From Octopus sinensis (lineage: Eukaryota), in contig NC_043013.1 of assembly GCF_006345805.1 (NCBI RefSeq), forward strand, positions 37,696,001-37,760,000: a DNA stretch of 64,000 nt, read 5' to 3'. The notes beneath the pieces were generated by a model, which saw only the letters and a program-made list of their open reading frames with translations, ran no database searches and was not told the origin of the DNA. The first letter of the stretch is position 1. Every line of letters begins with the position of its first letter. Shown here in pieces: positions 39,044 through 53,406 of this stretch. The translations under genes and the position numbers were made by a program.

Positions 39044-39888
39044 TCCCACGCACGCAGGCACACATGCAAATACACACCCGCACACACATGAATAAAAAAC
39101 AACTTAAAGAATCGTGAGATACATGCGGAGGAGCAACATAAAGAACACGCGGCTTAATCTACTCCCCTGAAACCAGTTCTCAACTAGGGTATGGGTGGGA
39201 ATGTTCCTCTCCTCGGACATGTGTGTCGATCGATTGAAATTACACACATATTGTCCTTCTCACTAATCTCTTTAGAATCTAGATGGCGGTCAACAGATTT
39301 CGCCTCACGTTTTCACATTGTTATTGACGCAATGGCAAAACTTCGAAGAAACCTTGTCTTTAGATGCTACTTTATAAAACATAACTTCAGCAGGTTTTTA
39401 ACTAATCGATGTAAAGGAAATTACTATGATATACACAAATGAAATGACCTGAGGCCGTTTAACAATAGTGAAGAACAGGTGGTATTTAATGAATTGTTCT
39501 TAGTGAACAAATAACTATTTTGTCTGCAGAATATAGCTTAATGTATAGGGACATCAACTGAAGTAGGTTTTAATAAAATCAGACTTAGGAACATATATGT
39601 TATTTCAAACACTTTATCTTTTCTTATGCGTTTATTCCCACAGGTTTACTATAGTGAAATACGTAAGAGGTTTCATACAAAACACCACGACGGAGAGAGC
39701 AACCTCATAAACCTATCTATTAAAGACACAAAGGAAATCATAGGTTGAGAATATATATATATATAAGAAAATAAATTAGAAGTAGGAAATATGTTATTTA
39801 CGGGTATGGACAAAATTCGTATCTAATTGCCATTAAGATATATATATATATGTGTGTGTGTGTGTGTACACGTATGAATGAATGTAGG

Positions 39889-39929
<41 letters not shown>

Positions 39930-39999
39930 ATATATATGTGTGTGTGTATGTATGTATGTAATATATATATATACATACACACACACACACACATATATT

Positions 40000-40039
<40 letters not shown>

Positions 40040-42059
40040 CGTATGTATGTATGTTTCTATGTATGTATGTATAATATGTATGTATAAGTATAAATGTGTA
40101 TGTAGTTGTGTTCGTGTGTTTTTGTGCGTGCAAGTGTGTACGTGTGTACGTGTTTCAGTGTATCTGTCTCTCATCAGTCAAACATTTTCGCTTACCTATA
40201 TGTAACGTATGATAGACATAAAATATGATACTCGAAAGCAAAATATGATCCTTATATGTTTAATTAGCTATTGAACTATGTACTCTTAGATTTAATTTTT
40301 CTTAATTTCAAAATTTGCTATCGTCAGCTAACGTATATGATCAGTGAAATTAGGAATAAGCTAAGTACTATTCCAAGCTCATCTACATCGCCTGTAACTT
40401 TAACCTGTCAAGCTGGTTTGAATACTTTTCTGTAACAACAATTCTCACTTAGAAACGTCGATGGATACAACAGCAAATGCTGCAGGACATACTAGAGAGA
40501 TTTGTCCTACTGTGTCTTATCGTACCGTTCTTCTAGAAGTATTCAGAAGAATACATCGACCAGTTTCAACAACAGCTGTTTAGTGATCAAATTTGTTGTC
40601 GTCGTCGTCATGTAATGGATGCGCGTAGTTTAGTGGTTGGACTCATGATCGTAAGGTTGCGATTTCGATTACTGGACTTGTCGACGCATTGTGTTCTTGA
40701 GCAAAACACTTCATTTCCCATTGCTCCACTTCATTCAGCTGGCAAAAATGAGTAATCCTGCGACAGACTTGTGTAGAATTTATACTCCATGGAAATTTGT
40801 CGTATGCGACTATATGACTCGAGAAGTGACTTTACTTTTGTTATCATCATTTAATAATGTATTTAGTTATGTATAAAGCAAATGAAAAATTTTGAACCAA
40901 ATAAATCATTAGTTGTTAGTATTGCTGCTGTTTAGCTTCGTATCTACTTATATTAGGTGTACTTATGGGATTAATAAAAAAAAGGTTTTGCCTTCATTAC
41001 ACTGTGTATAGTTAATATTGCAATGTAGAATGAATGGGTTCTTCCTTTCTTTAAGTTGTTGGGATATGAATTGGGATTGATATGGCTGCTTTGTCAAGCA
41101 AACCTGGGGAGTGTGCTTCTATGGCTCAAGTTGCTTGCTTTAAATAGTGTTGGGTTCTACTCTTGGTCTGCGTGGCTTGGTGTATCTTTGAGCAAAGCGC
41201 TACATTTCACGTTGCTCTCGTCTACTGGGGGTGAAAATATGTATGAGCTTCTTGATGTTGCAATCCTTTCTCTCCTCAGCAACCCTTTCTCTCCTCAGCC
41301 GCTACATCTTCGAAGGTCTCCAGGCAGGAAGCAAAGTTTCCTTATGACTAATTTGGCACCTAAAAGAATTACAGAAAGTATGATACATAACACCTGGTCA
41401 TATGCACTAGAACATGATGATTTTTAAAATTAAATAGAGGTAAAATTCTTATGTGTATTGCCATTTTAGGTAGCAATAATCGTAAACGCTTCAAACAAAA
41501 TATTCAATGGCATTTCTTCCAGCACTTCTCTTCCAGAGTTCATGTACCGTCGAAGTCAAGTTGTGACTTCCATCTTTTTTTGAGAAAATAAGGTAAGAAG
41601 CAGAGCTTCTCAAAATTGCTGACCTTGTGTCAAAATTTGAAAGAATTTTGTTTATTGACATTCTTTCACTTATTCCCAAATATGTAAATTACCACCGGGG
41701 TTTTAAAATTAAAATCTCGGAAGACGAACCTAAACCATATCAGGTATGAGTCGTGTGTTTACTTGCTTTTCTACCGCTCGATCTCTACTACGCGAAGTAA
41801 ATGGGAGAGTCTCCCTATGCAGTCATCCGAGATAATTTATATAATAGTTTTAATCAACTACTTCTTCTTATCTAATATATAGCCTTGTGTTTATGTAAAA
41901 AAAAACATTAAGAAATAGAACAGTGGTATATAACGTTATGTGCATATTTGAAATGGCTACTTTGTCTCGAACATGAGTTCGTAGTGTCAGTTATATTCAC
42001 ATATCATGTCACAAGACATGCAAATATATATCTTAAATGATGTATTGATAATCTTTTCT

Positions 42060-42270
42060 ATTAAAGGTGCAAGATATGAAATTGAGGTGGGAGTCGTGGC
42101 TAATCGATCACATTACCTCCAGTGCTAAATGATATTTATTTCATCGACCACGAAATCTTAAAAAGCAAAGTCGACCTTGGTGGAATTTGAACTCAGAACG
42201 CAAGGACGGATGAAATGTCGCCAAACATTTTTTCAGGACGGACTGACAATTCTGCAAGCTCTTCACCTCC
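42060..42270 (-). mobile_element. SINE family A (A2), diverged
   Basis: aaaagcaaagtcgaccttggtggaatttgaactcagaacg core. Confidence 0.78.
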
Positions 42271-43790
42271 TTGATTGATTAACTAATATTATATTTCAAG
42301 CCTCTTGCAGGAAGATGGCTTTGTTTCAATTTGTTTAATTGTGATACGGCAATTTCGATGATATTTGTTATGGACTCTCAGGTGAACTCAGCTAATGGAG
42401 ATGATTCGAAATTAGTAAAGAACGAATAGACAGAAACAGATTTGAATTCATGAACCGGAAACTAGTTACACAATGCAGATCTAAACTAGTGAAACCGGAA
42501 ACGAATATTACAATTCATTAACTAATCGAATATGGCTACATCCATAATTTTCAAAGGCTAACTGTAGCACTCACAGTTTCTACGATCATAATTTATATTA
42601 ACTCATATTTAGAGGTGAATGACTTGTAACATTCTAATTTTTCATGCTGTCGACGCATGTACAGTCAGTGGTGACATACCGGACAAAAATATCATTAACA
42701 CTAATTTAGGTATACAAGATGCTTGTTCGTATCAAGTTTAAATGGAGAGATCAGCATGAATAACAGATTAATCTGAAACTGTATCAAAAATGCAAGTCTC
42801 TGTCAGCTGATACAAACAGCCAAGAATGTCACATTTGGAAGGTAACTCGAATTGCTAGAAATACCAGCCCAATACGTATTCCAAGTGGATAAAATTCTTC
42901 AGCCAATATGTATTCTGTCCGTCTAAAAGACGAAGCGACATTAAATAATAAGGGCTAGATCACCTATAAAAATGAAAATAAACGTCATAGCTATGGATGT
43001 CTTAACCGGAAAAAAGTAAGATAAAGTCAAGCTTGGCATATTTCGAACTAAGAAGTTAAGGAAATAAGTGGTTCTCAATTAAGTAATATAAATTTACATG
43101 TAAGCCCTCACTCGCAAGCTACAAGGACTTGTTAGCATGTACGATAATTTCACAAATAGTTCAAGTCACTGTATAGTCGAGAGCAGAATCAGATACATGC
43201 TACGTCCTTCCTCCTTTAACGTAGCGAATCAGCAAGAACTGAAAACAGGCATTCAGCTGATAGCCATTTTAAGCTGAATGCCATAATCCAACGTGAAGTG
43301 AACTATGTTAAGCAAGGATCCAACGTGATGGACAATCTAGGGTCCTAACATTTGACATTGTGATCCAGAACCAGACATGCATAACACTATTTTAATACAC
43401 AGTTAAATACGAAATAAACATATTCCATTTGTAATGATACAGTTTAATAGTCCACAATACTATAATAGTAATAACACTAAGTCATGTAAGGTTTTATACA
43501 TCTAATGTGATCAGATCATGGATCATTCATCGTTAGATGAGGTCGTGTTAAGCCCAATTTTTTTTAATCTATAGCACTGTACTCATCGCCATAAGATCAG
43601 TGCTCTTCTACCAATGATAAAACTTTGTAATAAAACATTAATAATATGAATTCAGTATATCAACCGAATTTCCCATAACAGTTTTTCGTGCTCTAGAACT
43701 TGTATAGTGCAAAACATTGAAATATTAAAACAAGTGGTAGTGTATATTGCTTCTTAGTGTGAGATAATTCAAAGGATAATGTTTAGCGCG

Positions 43791-43832
<42 letters not shown>

Positions 43833-44043
43833 AACATACACATACACACACACAAAGACACACACACGCATGACTACACCAGTTAAACAATAAAATATGT
43901 CAGTGTGTGTGTATGTTTATATAGCAAGAGATGTATGTAGAGATACCGGCTGATGGAAACGGGTGTTTGAATTAATATGATGCTTTCTACATATGTATAT
44001 GTATGTATATATGCATGTATGCATATATTTATGTATATATTTA

Positions 44044-44101
<58 letters not shown>

Positions 44102-44167
44102 TATATACATATATTTTTATGAAAGTATATATTCATCTAATTATACGTACATACAATTTTATGTATG

Positions 44168-44199
<32 letters not shown>

Positions 44200-45186
44200 T
44201 GTATGTATGTATGTATGTATGCATGCATGTATGTATGTATGTATGTATGTATGTATGTATGCATGTATGTATGAATATATGTATGCATATGTTAGGCCGC
44301 TATAACTATCTGCTTTTTTATGCTTTTTGTGTGTATTTATCTTATACATAATCAGTTTTAACGGTGTTTTAAAATTACGTTATTGATGTAATTGGATATA
44401 TTGTTCTTCCCAGAAGGTTAAGTAACCGAAATACACATTTATTATACTTACAGAGACTGATGCTATCTACAAATTATCCGACTGTATATTTTTTTTCCTC
44501 TGAATATATATGTTTTATATGTCACGCCCTCTACTGGGACTTTTTTCTCAGTCTCTGTAATATAATCTGCCTTTTGAGTTATCTGGGTTATGGCCTTGTT
44601 CGTTTGCATTTATTCACATAATTTCCTTCCTCCGACTAAGTGACAAACCACTGTTAGTTGGTTTGTAATATTTCATGAACACCATTCTGCTGTTTGTCTA
44701 GATAATAGTGCCAGTCTGTTTCTTAGAAAAATGACTCTGCTGGCTTTATGAGATAAGAACACATAAGTTTAAGTAATTAAACTATGCAGCATTGTTGCTA
44801 ATTTTAAAATCGTTTACGTCACTTAGACAATCTAGAATAATTTACGGTACAGTTATCTTTAAAAATAATAACACTGTCTTTCCCATTTCCATAGTTTTCA
44901 TTACTTTTTGTTGTTGTTTTTCTTAATTGTTTTTCCTGTTTATTACTCCTTTAGTTGGTGATGGGCTCATTCCTATTCACATGGTGTTTGTTATCGCGAA
45001 ATCTTATCACATGATGGAAGAAATAAACGAAGCGAACAAGGAAAGATTACAGAGAAACAAGAATGAAAGATAGGAGAAAAGCAATTGAATTATTTCATTT
45101 AGGTAATTATAGTTAAAAACCTAAAAACACATATTATCTACTCTCTCTGATTCTCTCTTCTCTCTTTCCTATCTCTGCTCTATCCG

Positions 45187-45244
<58 letters not shown>

Positions 45245-45789
45245 ACACACACATACAAGCACACAGATGCGTGCCCGCAAAACTAGAACCCATTCTATTC
45301 TTAACATTTTATATCCGCTCAAATTCCTTATCCTAACCATTTTCCCTTGTTTTCAGGAATCTCCTCTCATATCTCTCCATAATTCGACTGACCCAGTCTA
45401 AATGAATATGATCAGTTTCTTGGCTATTTTAGAAAGTATTATCTTCCCACGCTGCTTCCTTCTACATTTATATTAATCGACAGTTAAGTTATTGTTGATA
45501 TATTTAATTGAAGAAACATTAAAATGTTAACTGCGAATAATTAAACTCCCTAGACACAACAAAAACGTTATTAATGAAACCAGAAATATAAAATGAACAC
45601 AGCACGAACATACAATCTTCTTTTTGTTTCAGACATAGTGTATCTAAGAATATATTCTGAGAATATATATTTGGCTAGCAATAGTTTTAGTATGTAATTA
45701 TATAATAATGAGCTTCCCGGTCATTTCATTGTTCTTTCTATAAAATCGCATGAAAAGTTACATTAAATATTCTGTGCGTGCATATTCGT

Positions 45790-45931
45790 AAGATTTCTTC
45801 CTAAATACATGGTTCCAGGTTCGGTTCCACTGGGTTGAAGCGAGTGTCTTCTATACCCTCGGGCAGAGCAAATCTTTGTGAGTGGATTTGACAGACGGAA
45901 ACTGAAAGAGGCCCGTTTTATATATGTATAT

Positions 45932-45968
<37 letters not shown>

Positions 45969-46170
45969 TGCGTGTGTGTATCTTTTTACTAGTATTTGTC
46001 CCCTACCACCGCGTGAAAATCGCTGTTGATGTGTTTACGTTCGTGTAACCTAGCAGTTCGACAAAAGTTACCGATAGAATAAGTACGAAGCTTAGCAAAA
46101 ACTGAAGTACTTCTTCAAGGCGGTACTCCAGCATGGCCGCAATCTAATGAATGAAACAGCTAAAAAGAAA
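45790..46170 (+). mobile_element. SINE family B
   Basis: acatggttccaggttcggttcc..cttgtgagtggatttg..ggaaactgaaagaggcccg, then (TG)n and the 3' tail. Confidence 0.83.
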
Positions 46171-46291
46171 AGAAAAAACACAGGTATATATATATATGTG
46201 AGTGTCTGTATGTATGCATTACATATATGTAAATATATCTATATATCTATATATAATATATATATATATATATAATATATATATATATATC

Positions 46292-46331
<40 letters not shown>

Positions 46332-46374
46332 ATATACATATGTATATATATATGTATATATATGTATATATATA

Positions 46375-46440
<66 letters not shown>

Positions 46441-46661
46441 CTGTATATATATATATATTATATATATATATATATATAATATTATATATATATATTATAT
46501 ATATATATTATATATATATATATATGCATGTATATATTCCCTTTCATTTCTCCTTCATTCGTTTTAGTCGTCTGAAGAGTTTAGATGAAATTATCAACTC
46601 CAGTACATGATTTTGTAAACCTGGTACTTACTCGTTCGGTATCATTTGCACACACTCACAC

Positions 46662-46724
<63 letters not shown>

Positions 46725-46882
46725 GGGCTTCTTCTAGTTTCCGTCTAAGAAATCCACTGACAAGGCTTTAGTCGACCCGAGACTCGTAACCCTGCTGTTG
46801 GGAAGCAAGCTCCTTACCACAGTGCTACGCCTATGGGTGTGTATATATATCTATATATATATATGAGAGAGAGAGAGAGTGC

Positions 46883-46884
<2 letters not shown>

Positions 46885-46976
<92 letters not shown>

Positions 46977-46977
46977 G

Positions 46978-47065
<88 letters not shown>

Positions 47066-47066
47066 G
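46885..47066. repeat. (GATA)n array
   Basis: Visible array. Confidence 0.97.
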
Positions 47067-47617
47067 CCACTGGATTCTCTCATATTCTTTCTCCCGAATA
47101 CACTCACAAGACCTTCATCGAACTGAAGCTATAGCAGACGATGCTTGTCAAAGGTGCCACTCAGTAACATGTGGTTGGGAAGCACAGTTACTGAGAGAAA
47201 TAAAATAAGAGAGAGTGGATGAATAAATGAGAAAGACAAACAGAGAGAATGTGTAGTATTTTCCTTGTTGATCAAATAAAGTGGGACAAAAGAAATTCTG
47301 TCACACAGTGACAAATACTGTGGAATATGATAAAATTTGCGTGATAGAAAGTGAAGAAGCAAGGTGAAGAGGAGACAGATACAGACACATAACTAGAAAA
47401 AGAGAAAGAGCAGGGTTATGAAGGATAGGTGGAATGAGAAACGCAAAGGCAGAGAGGCAGAAAGGCAGTCATCAGACAAACTGTGAGACGAGAAAGGAAT
47501 CAGAGACAAAGAATGTTAAATAAGGAACGGGTGAAAATGAGAAAAAAGATCTTTAAGAATAAGAAAAATATATGAGAGCAGAAAACTATAGAGATAAGCG
47601 ATGGTGATAAGGCCAAA

Positions 47618-48869
47618 CAGGAGTTGGACAGAATAATGGAAACCCCTTAAAATTTCAAATAAATTTATTTCAATATGGGGTAGGACCGCCTTTGGCACTA
47701 ATTATAGCTTGAATTCTACGAGGTATGGATTCGTAAAAAATTTTAATTGTTTCCAAAGGAATTTTTGTCCCTTCTTCAGCTAAAACAGTCTCCAGTTCTT
47801 GTGGTGATGATGGTGGAAGATATCGATTCCTTACTTGCTTTTCTAAAATGCACTATAAAAGTTCAATAATACTGAGAACTGGGGATTGTGGTGGCCAGAT
47901 GAGATATTCAACTTCATAAGAATGTTCTTCGTGCTATTCAGTAACGACTTTAGCTGTGTGAATTGGTGCATATCATCCTGAAATATTGCGTTACCCTCTA
48001 GAAACAGTTCCGCAACAATAAGATGGATTTGATTAGATAAAATGCATAAATAGTCTTGACTTTTAATTCTGCAATGAATTTCCAAGATATAGCCCCACCC
48101 CTCCAGATCGTCACAGATCTTCCTCCATGTTCAACAGTTGGAAGAAGACAGTCAGGGTCAAATGCTTCTTTTGGCTGTCTCCATAAGTATACTCGTCCGA
48201 TGGTCAGAAATAAGATAAAGGATGACTCGTCCGATAAAATAACATTCTGCCACTGCTCTAGGGACCAAATCTGTAGGTTCTTTACTCCACTCTAAATGCT
48301 TTGCAACGTTTGTTTTTGAAAGTAGCGGTTTTCTGATTGCAGCCCACCTTGAAATCCATCTTTGTGCAGCTCCCGGCGAACAGGTTTTGCGGAAATTGGT
48401 TTCTTGAAGTGGTCATTAAACTGTGCAGAAATTTTAGGAGCCATACTTTTGTGATTTTTTCTAACAATTCGCGTAAGATTCCGACAGTCTCTATCTGAAA
48501 ATGTTGGTTTTCTTCCGGAGTTTTGTTTCTGAGGAGATGTTTTCCTCTCATTCTCAAAGACTGTCATTACTTTCTAGACAGTACTTCTTGATACACGAAA
48601 CATTTCGGTTGTTTTCGTTACGCTAGCACCTGCCATACGAGCACCGACAATTTGACCTCTTTGAAAGTCCGATAGATCTGTCATTTGAATGAATTTGAAT
48701 TATGTTTTTCTGATGATATCTGTAAAGAAACAGCAATTTTAGCAAAACACATTAAGCAATAATAATAAATCAAAAAACATAAAAATAAACAAGCTTTTGA
48801 TGGCTTTATAGATATTTCAAAATTATTATCTTATGATGCTAGGTGTTTCCATTACTTTGTCCAACCCCT

Positions 48870-48870
<1 letters not shown>
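47618..48870 (-). mobile_element. Tc1-family DNA transposon, near full length, with TIRs
   Basis: TIRs caggagttggacagaataatggaaacccct (47618-) and aggtgtttccattactttgtccaacccctg (-48870) enclose a transposase pseudogene. Confidence 0.95.
47670..48684 (-). pseudogene. Tc1 transposase, disrupted by stops, frameshifts and an internal deletion
   Basis: MTDLSDFQRGQIVGARMAGASV..SGRK..(fs)..RKPLL..NVILSDES..FQDD..WPPQSP..IIE..SIPRRIQAIISAKGGPTPY*. Confidence 0.92.
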
Positions 48871-48925
<55 letters not shown>

Positions 48926-49764
48926 TATAGGTCGTCAGCCTCACAATCATGATGTATTGAGTACAGTCCCCGATTTCTGCAGTTTATTCTTTAGCAAGTC
49001 ACTTTATTTCTCGTTGCTTTAGTTCACTCAGCTATCGAAATGACTTGTGACGTCACTGCTGCCAAGCTGCATTGGCTTTTGCCTTTCCTTCGATAACATT
49101 GGTGGCATGGAAAGGATAGGCTGTGTTAACCTCGGAGTGTAACTTTCCAGGTGCAATCTAATACAATGGTCATTCATGGCCGAAGGGGCGCTTCACCCTT
49201 TAAACTATAACATAAGGACTGATTCGGTGTGACTAAGGACAAATACGAAGTGAAAACCTAATAATTTCCATATAATACATGAGCGAAATTTAAAATCTTC
49301 AGAGATGGATACATCCATTTTCTTTTTAGGCTTCTGTTTGCAATGTTGATATAAAAAAAAACTATTTGCTACAATCCAATGAACAACGCCAGCTTTGTCA
49401 CATACCATCTTTTGCTTATGGAATAGAAGGAATAAATGGATAAATAGATAAATTAATGCCAAGAACTGGGATCAATGAAGTTACCAGTAGAACAAGTCGT
49501 AAAAAGGAATGAGTAAAAAAAAAGGAAAATATAATAAATTTTAATAATAAGAAAACTCATCATCATCAACATCTTCCTCCTCCTCCTCCTCCTCCTCCTC
49601 CTCCTCTTCATCATCATCATCATCATCATCATTTTCTTTGTTTCTTTCTCTCTTACTCTTTTCTTCTGTTTTTTTTTCTTTCACATCTTTAAAATTTATC
49701 CTTATCATCATCAACAGCAATCTCGGAGTCATCATCTTTGCCGTCATCATCGTCGCTGCAATTC

Positions 49765-50238
49765 CGGATTAAAGGTTAAGTCGATTACGTCGACCCCAGT
49801 GCTCAACCGATGCTTATTTTATCGACCCTGAAAGGATGAAAAGCAAATTTGACCTCGGCGGAATTTGAACTCAGAAGACGGACGAAATATCGATAAGCGT
49901 TTCGTCCGGCGTCCTAAAGATTCTGAGAGCACGCGGCATTCTGATTAATTAATTAATGATAATCATTTCTACTAAAGGTTGAAGACCTGAAATTTCGGGG
50001 AGGGGTCTAGCCGGTCACATCGACAATAGTGTTTTACTAGTACTTAATTTATCGAAGCCGAAAGGATGAAAGGCAAAGTCGAACCCAGCGGAATTTGAAC
50101 TCAGAACACAAAGGCGGACGAAATGCCGCTAAGCATTTTCCCCGGCATGCTAACCATTCTGATAGTTCACCCCCTTCTGATTAATTAATTGATTAATTAA
50201 TTAATTATTTATCATTATTATTATTATTATTATTATTA

Positions 50239-50276
<38 letters not shown>

Positions 50277-50288
50277 AATAATAATAAT

Positions 50289-50331
<43 letters not shown>

Positions 50332-50545
50332 CCTTACTACTGGAATCACAAGGCCTCAAATTTGGAGGATGGTATTATGTCGATTACATCGATCCCAGTG
50401 CGTAACTGGTATTTATTTAATCGACCCCGATGAACGAAAGGCAAAGTCGAGCTCGACGGAATTTGAACTCAGAACCTGGAGGTGGATGAAATGTCGCTAA
50501 GGATTTAGACCGGCGTGCTAACGATTCTGACAGCTCACCGCCTTC
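49765..50545 (-). mobile_element. Three family A SINEs in the same orientation, separated by TAAT/TAA tracts
   Basis: Cores at about 49850, 50080 and 50445; two are followed by ttctgattaattaatt. Confidence 0.85.
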
Positions 50546-50587
50546 TGATTAATTAATTGATTGATTAATAATGATAATAATAATATA

Positions 50588-50773
50588 GGCGCAGGAGTGG
50601 CTCTGTGGTAAGTAGCTTGTTTACCAACCACATGGTTCCGGGTTCAGTCCCACTGCGTGGCAACTTGGGCAAGTGTTTTCTACTATAGCCTCGGGCCGAC
50701 CAAAGCCTTGTGAGTGGATTTGGTAGACGGAAACTGAAAAGAAGCCCGTCGTATATATGTGTATATATATATT

Positions 50774-50834
<61 letters not shown>

Positions 50835-51050
50835 TGTGTGTGTTTGTGTGTCTGTGTTTGTCACCCTAGAATTGCTTGACAACCGATGCTGGTGTGTTTA
50901 TGTCCACGTTACCTAGCGGTTCGGCAAAAGAGACCGATAGAATAAGTACTGGGCTTACAAAAGAATAAGTCCCGGTGTCGAGCTGCTCGAGTAAAGGCGG
51001 GCTCCGGCATGGCCGCAGTCAAATGACTGAACCAAGTAAAAGAGTAAAGA
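50588..51050 (+). mobile_element. SINE family B, young full-length copy
   Basis: ggcgcaggagtggct.. through to aaatgactgaaccaagtaaaagagtaaagag, with internal (TA)n. Confidence 0.92.
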
Positions 51051-51700
51051 GTAATAATAATAATAATAATAATAATAAGATTAATAATAATAATAATAAT
51101 AATAAATAATGCTTTCGTGCATTTTAAGAAATGCGATATAACAGAAACATTATCATTCTGCATTTGTGACGTAAAACTTACGTAACCACATCAATGATGC
51201 TACACACTTAAAGTTAGACACACCCACATCACGATGAGATATACAGACATATTAAAGGTTTGCTGGTGTGCATATATGCGTATATGCTTGTTTTTGTCGT
51301 TGTTTATGTTGTTTATGTAAGTGAGCTATGATCGAGGAAATATATGACCAATGGCATCATAATCCTGATCATTCTGTTTTCCTCTTTAACTCTTTGCAAG
51401 AAGCCTAGAATCTCATTCAATGTGTACTTTTCAAGAGCGTACGTGCGTTTCTGATTTAACGTTGATTTAGTTGTTGTTTCTAGCGAGTGTCAGTACCCCG
51501 TTTGCGATCCCTCATTGGCCAGCGAATCCATGTGTTCGTACGTGCGTGTATTTGAGTTTAAGTTTGCGTCCTTGCCTGAATGAGTGACTATGTTTGAGTG
51601 GTGTGTGGTTACAGTTGGATGTATGAATGTGCCTATGTGATTGTACATGAGTGGGTTGTACCATTGTCATTTTTTGTGTGAGTATATGCTGATGTATATA

Positions 51701-52284
51701 TATTTCTTTACTACCCACAAGGGGCTAAACATAGAGGGGACAAACAAAGACAGACAAAGGGATTAAGTCGATTACATCGACCCCAGTGCGAAACTGGTAC
51801 TTAATTTATCGACCCTGAAAGGATGAAAGGCAAAGTCGACCTCGGCGGAATTTGAACTCAGAACGTAGCTGCAGACGAAATACCTATTTCTTTACTACCC
51901 ACAAGGGGCTAAACATAGAGTGGACAAACAAAGACAGACAAAGGGATTAAGTCGATTACATCGACCCCAGTGCGAAACTGGTACTTAATTTATCGACCCT
52001 GAAAGGATGAAAGGCAAAGTCGACCTCGGCGGAATTTGAACTCAGAACGTAGCTGCAGACGAAATACCTATTTCTTTACTACCCACAACTGGCTAAACAT
52101 AGAGGGGACAAACAAAGACAGACAAAGGGATTAAGTCGATTACATCGACCCCAGTGCGAAACTGGTACTTAATTTATCGACCCTGAAAGGATGAAAGGCA
52201 AAGTCGACCTCGGCGGAATTTGAACTCAGAACGTAACGACAGACGAAATACGGCTACGCATTTCGCCCGGCGTGCTAACGTTTC
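51701..52284 (-). mobile_element. Family A SINE trimer (one partial head plus three near-identical bodies) inside a single 14-bp TSD
   Basis: Units of about 182 bp. TSD tgctgatgtatata at 51687-51700 and 52285-52298. Confidence 0.93.
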
Positions 52285-53406
52285 TGCTGATGTATATAAG
52301 CGTGTGCCATGCATATATAATATACGTGTGTGTAAGTCTGTGCGCACGAGTGTATACGTCAGCCTGCGTTTACGTGACAACTGCCGTTGTTGTGTGTTCG
52401 GTAGTATGTGCGCGTGTGTGTGATATATGATGGTCCGATGGTCTAATCAGCTACAGGTGACTAAGTAATGTTAACGCGTAAACAGAATAAAAGAGAAAGG
52501 TCGTTCCGGATTGATTCTCACCATCGGACAAAATCATTTCCGTTATGAATTAGATACATTCACGATAAGAGCCGTAGAGGAGGGAGGCAGGAAAGAAGAA
52601 ATGGAGGTTGACAAAGCATTGAAGACTAAGAGAATAGAAAGAGAGTCTTAGGGAGTGACGGAGGTGGAGAGATAGATAGACAGATAGAGAGAGAGAGAGA
52701 GTGTGTGTGTGTGTGTGTGAATGTGTATGTGTGTGCCTGTTAGATGGAGAGAGAATGATAGAGAGAGAGAGAGAGAGACTAAATTAGTGAATGAGTCAAT
52801 TATTGAAGGAGTGAGTGAGTGAGTGAGTTACTAAACGAATGAGTGGAGTTGGAAATGATAGAATAAAGAGCTTTCGCTACAGCATTTACGTGTTAGCGAG
52901 ATTGCACTATTATCATAAAACAGTCTAATCTATTTGCTGGTGTTGCTTAGGTCCCAGTCAGGCTTGGTATTTCGTATGGGACCGTCACTGACAAACATTA
53001 TCCAGTGTTTCATTTGTCTTATAAAAACAACAAGCTCTGTTTCAAGTGTGACATCTTCGGAGTCTCAGCGACCACGTAGAATGCATCTTTTTTACTACGA
53101 CAAAATACTGTCGTAAGCTATACAATGCAAAGACTCATAGCGTAAGAGGAAGGTTGTTCAATTCATCATCATAAGTTTAGAGTGATATTTCTTGGATCAA
53201 GCGTCGCATTCTCTCCTTCAGTGAGTGACTTCATTTCGCGTTCCTTCAATCAACTCAGCTGTAATAAGTACTTACTGAGTGCTAGTGCAATTAGCTTTCC
53301 TTCTATCATACACTAAAATGTCTCGCTGTATCAAGAGGCGGCAGTGAAAACATTTGATTCCTCACGACTCTCTCAGCGACTAAGATCAATATGCAAATAC
53401 ATAAAG

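Noticed and set aside
41537-41592. Exon-like segment with a strong acceptor and a gtaaga donor
   Set aside because: All three frames contain stops as assembled. It would be rescued only if the T7 run is a sequencing error.
52940-53116. Frame VPVRLGISYGTV...CDIFG, superficially like a nucleotide cyclase motif
   Set aside because: Spacing between motifs is too long, it ends in a stop, and there is no good donor or neighbouring exon.
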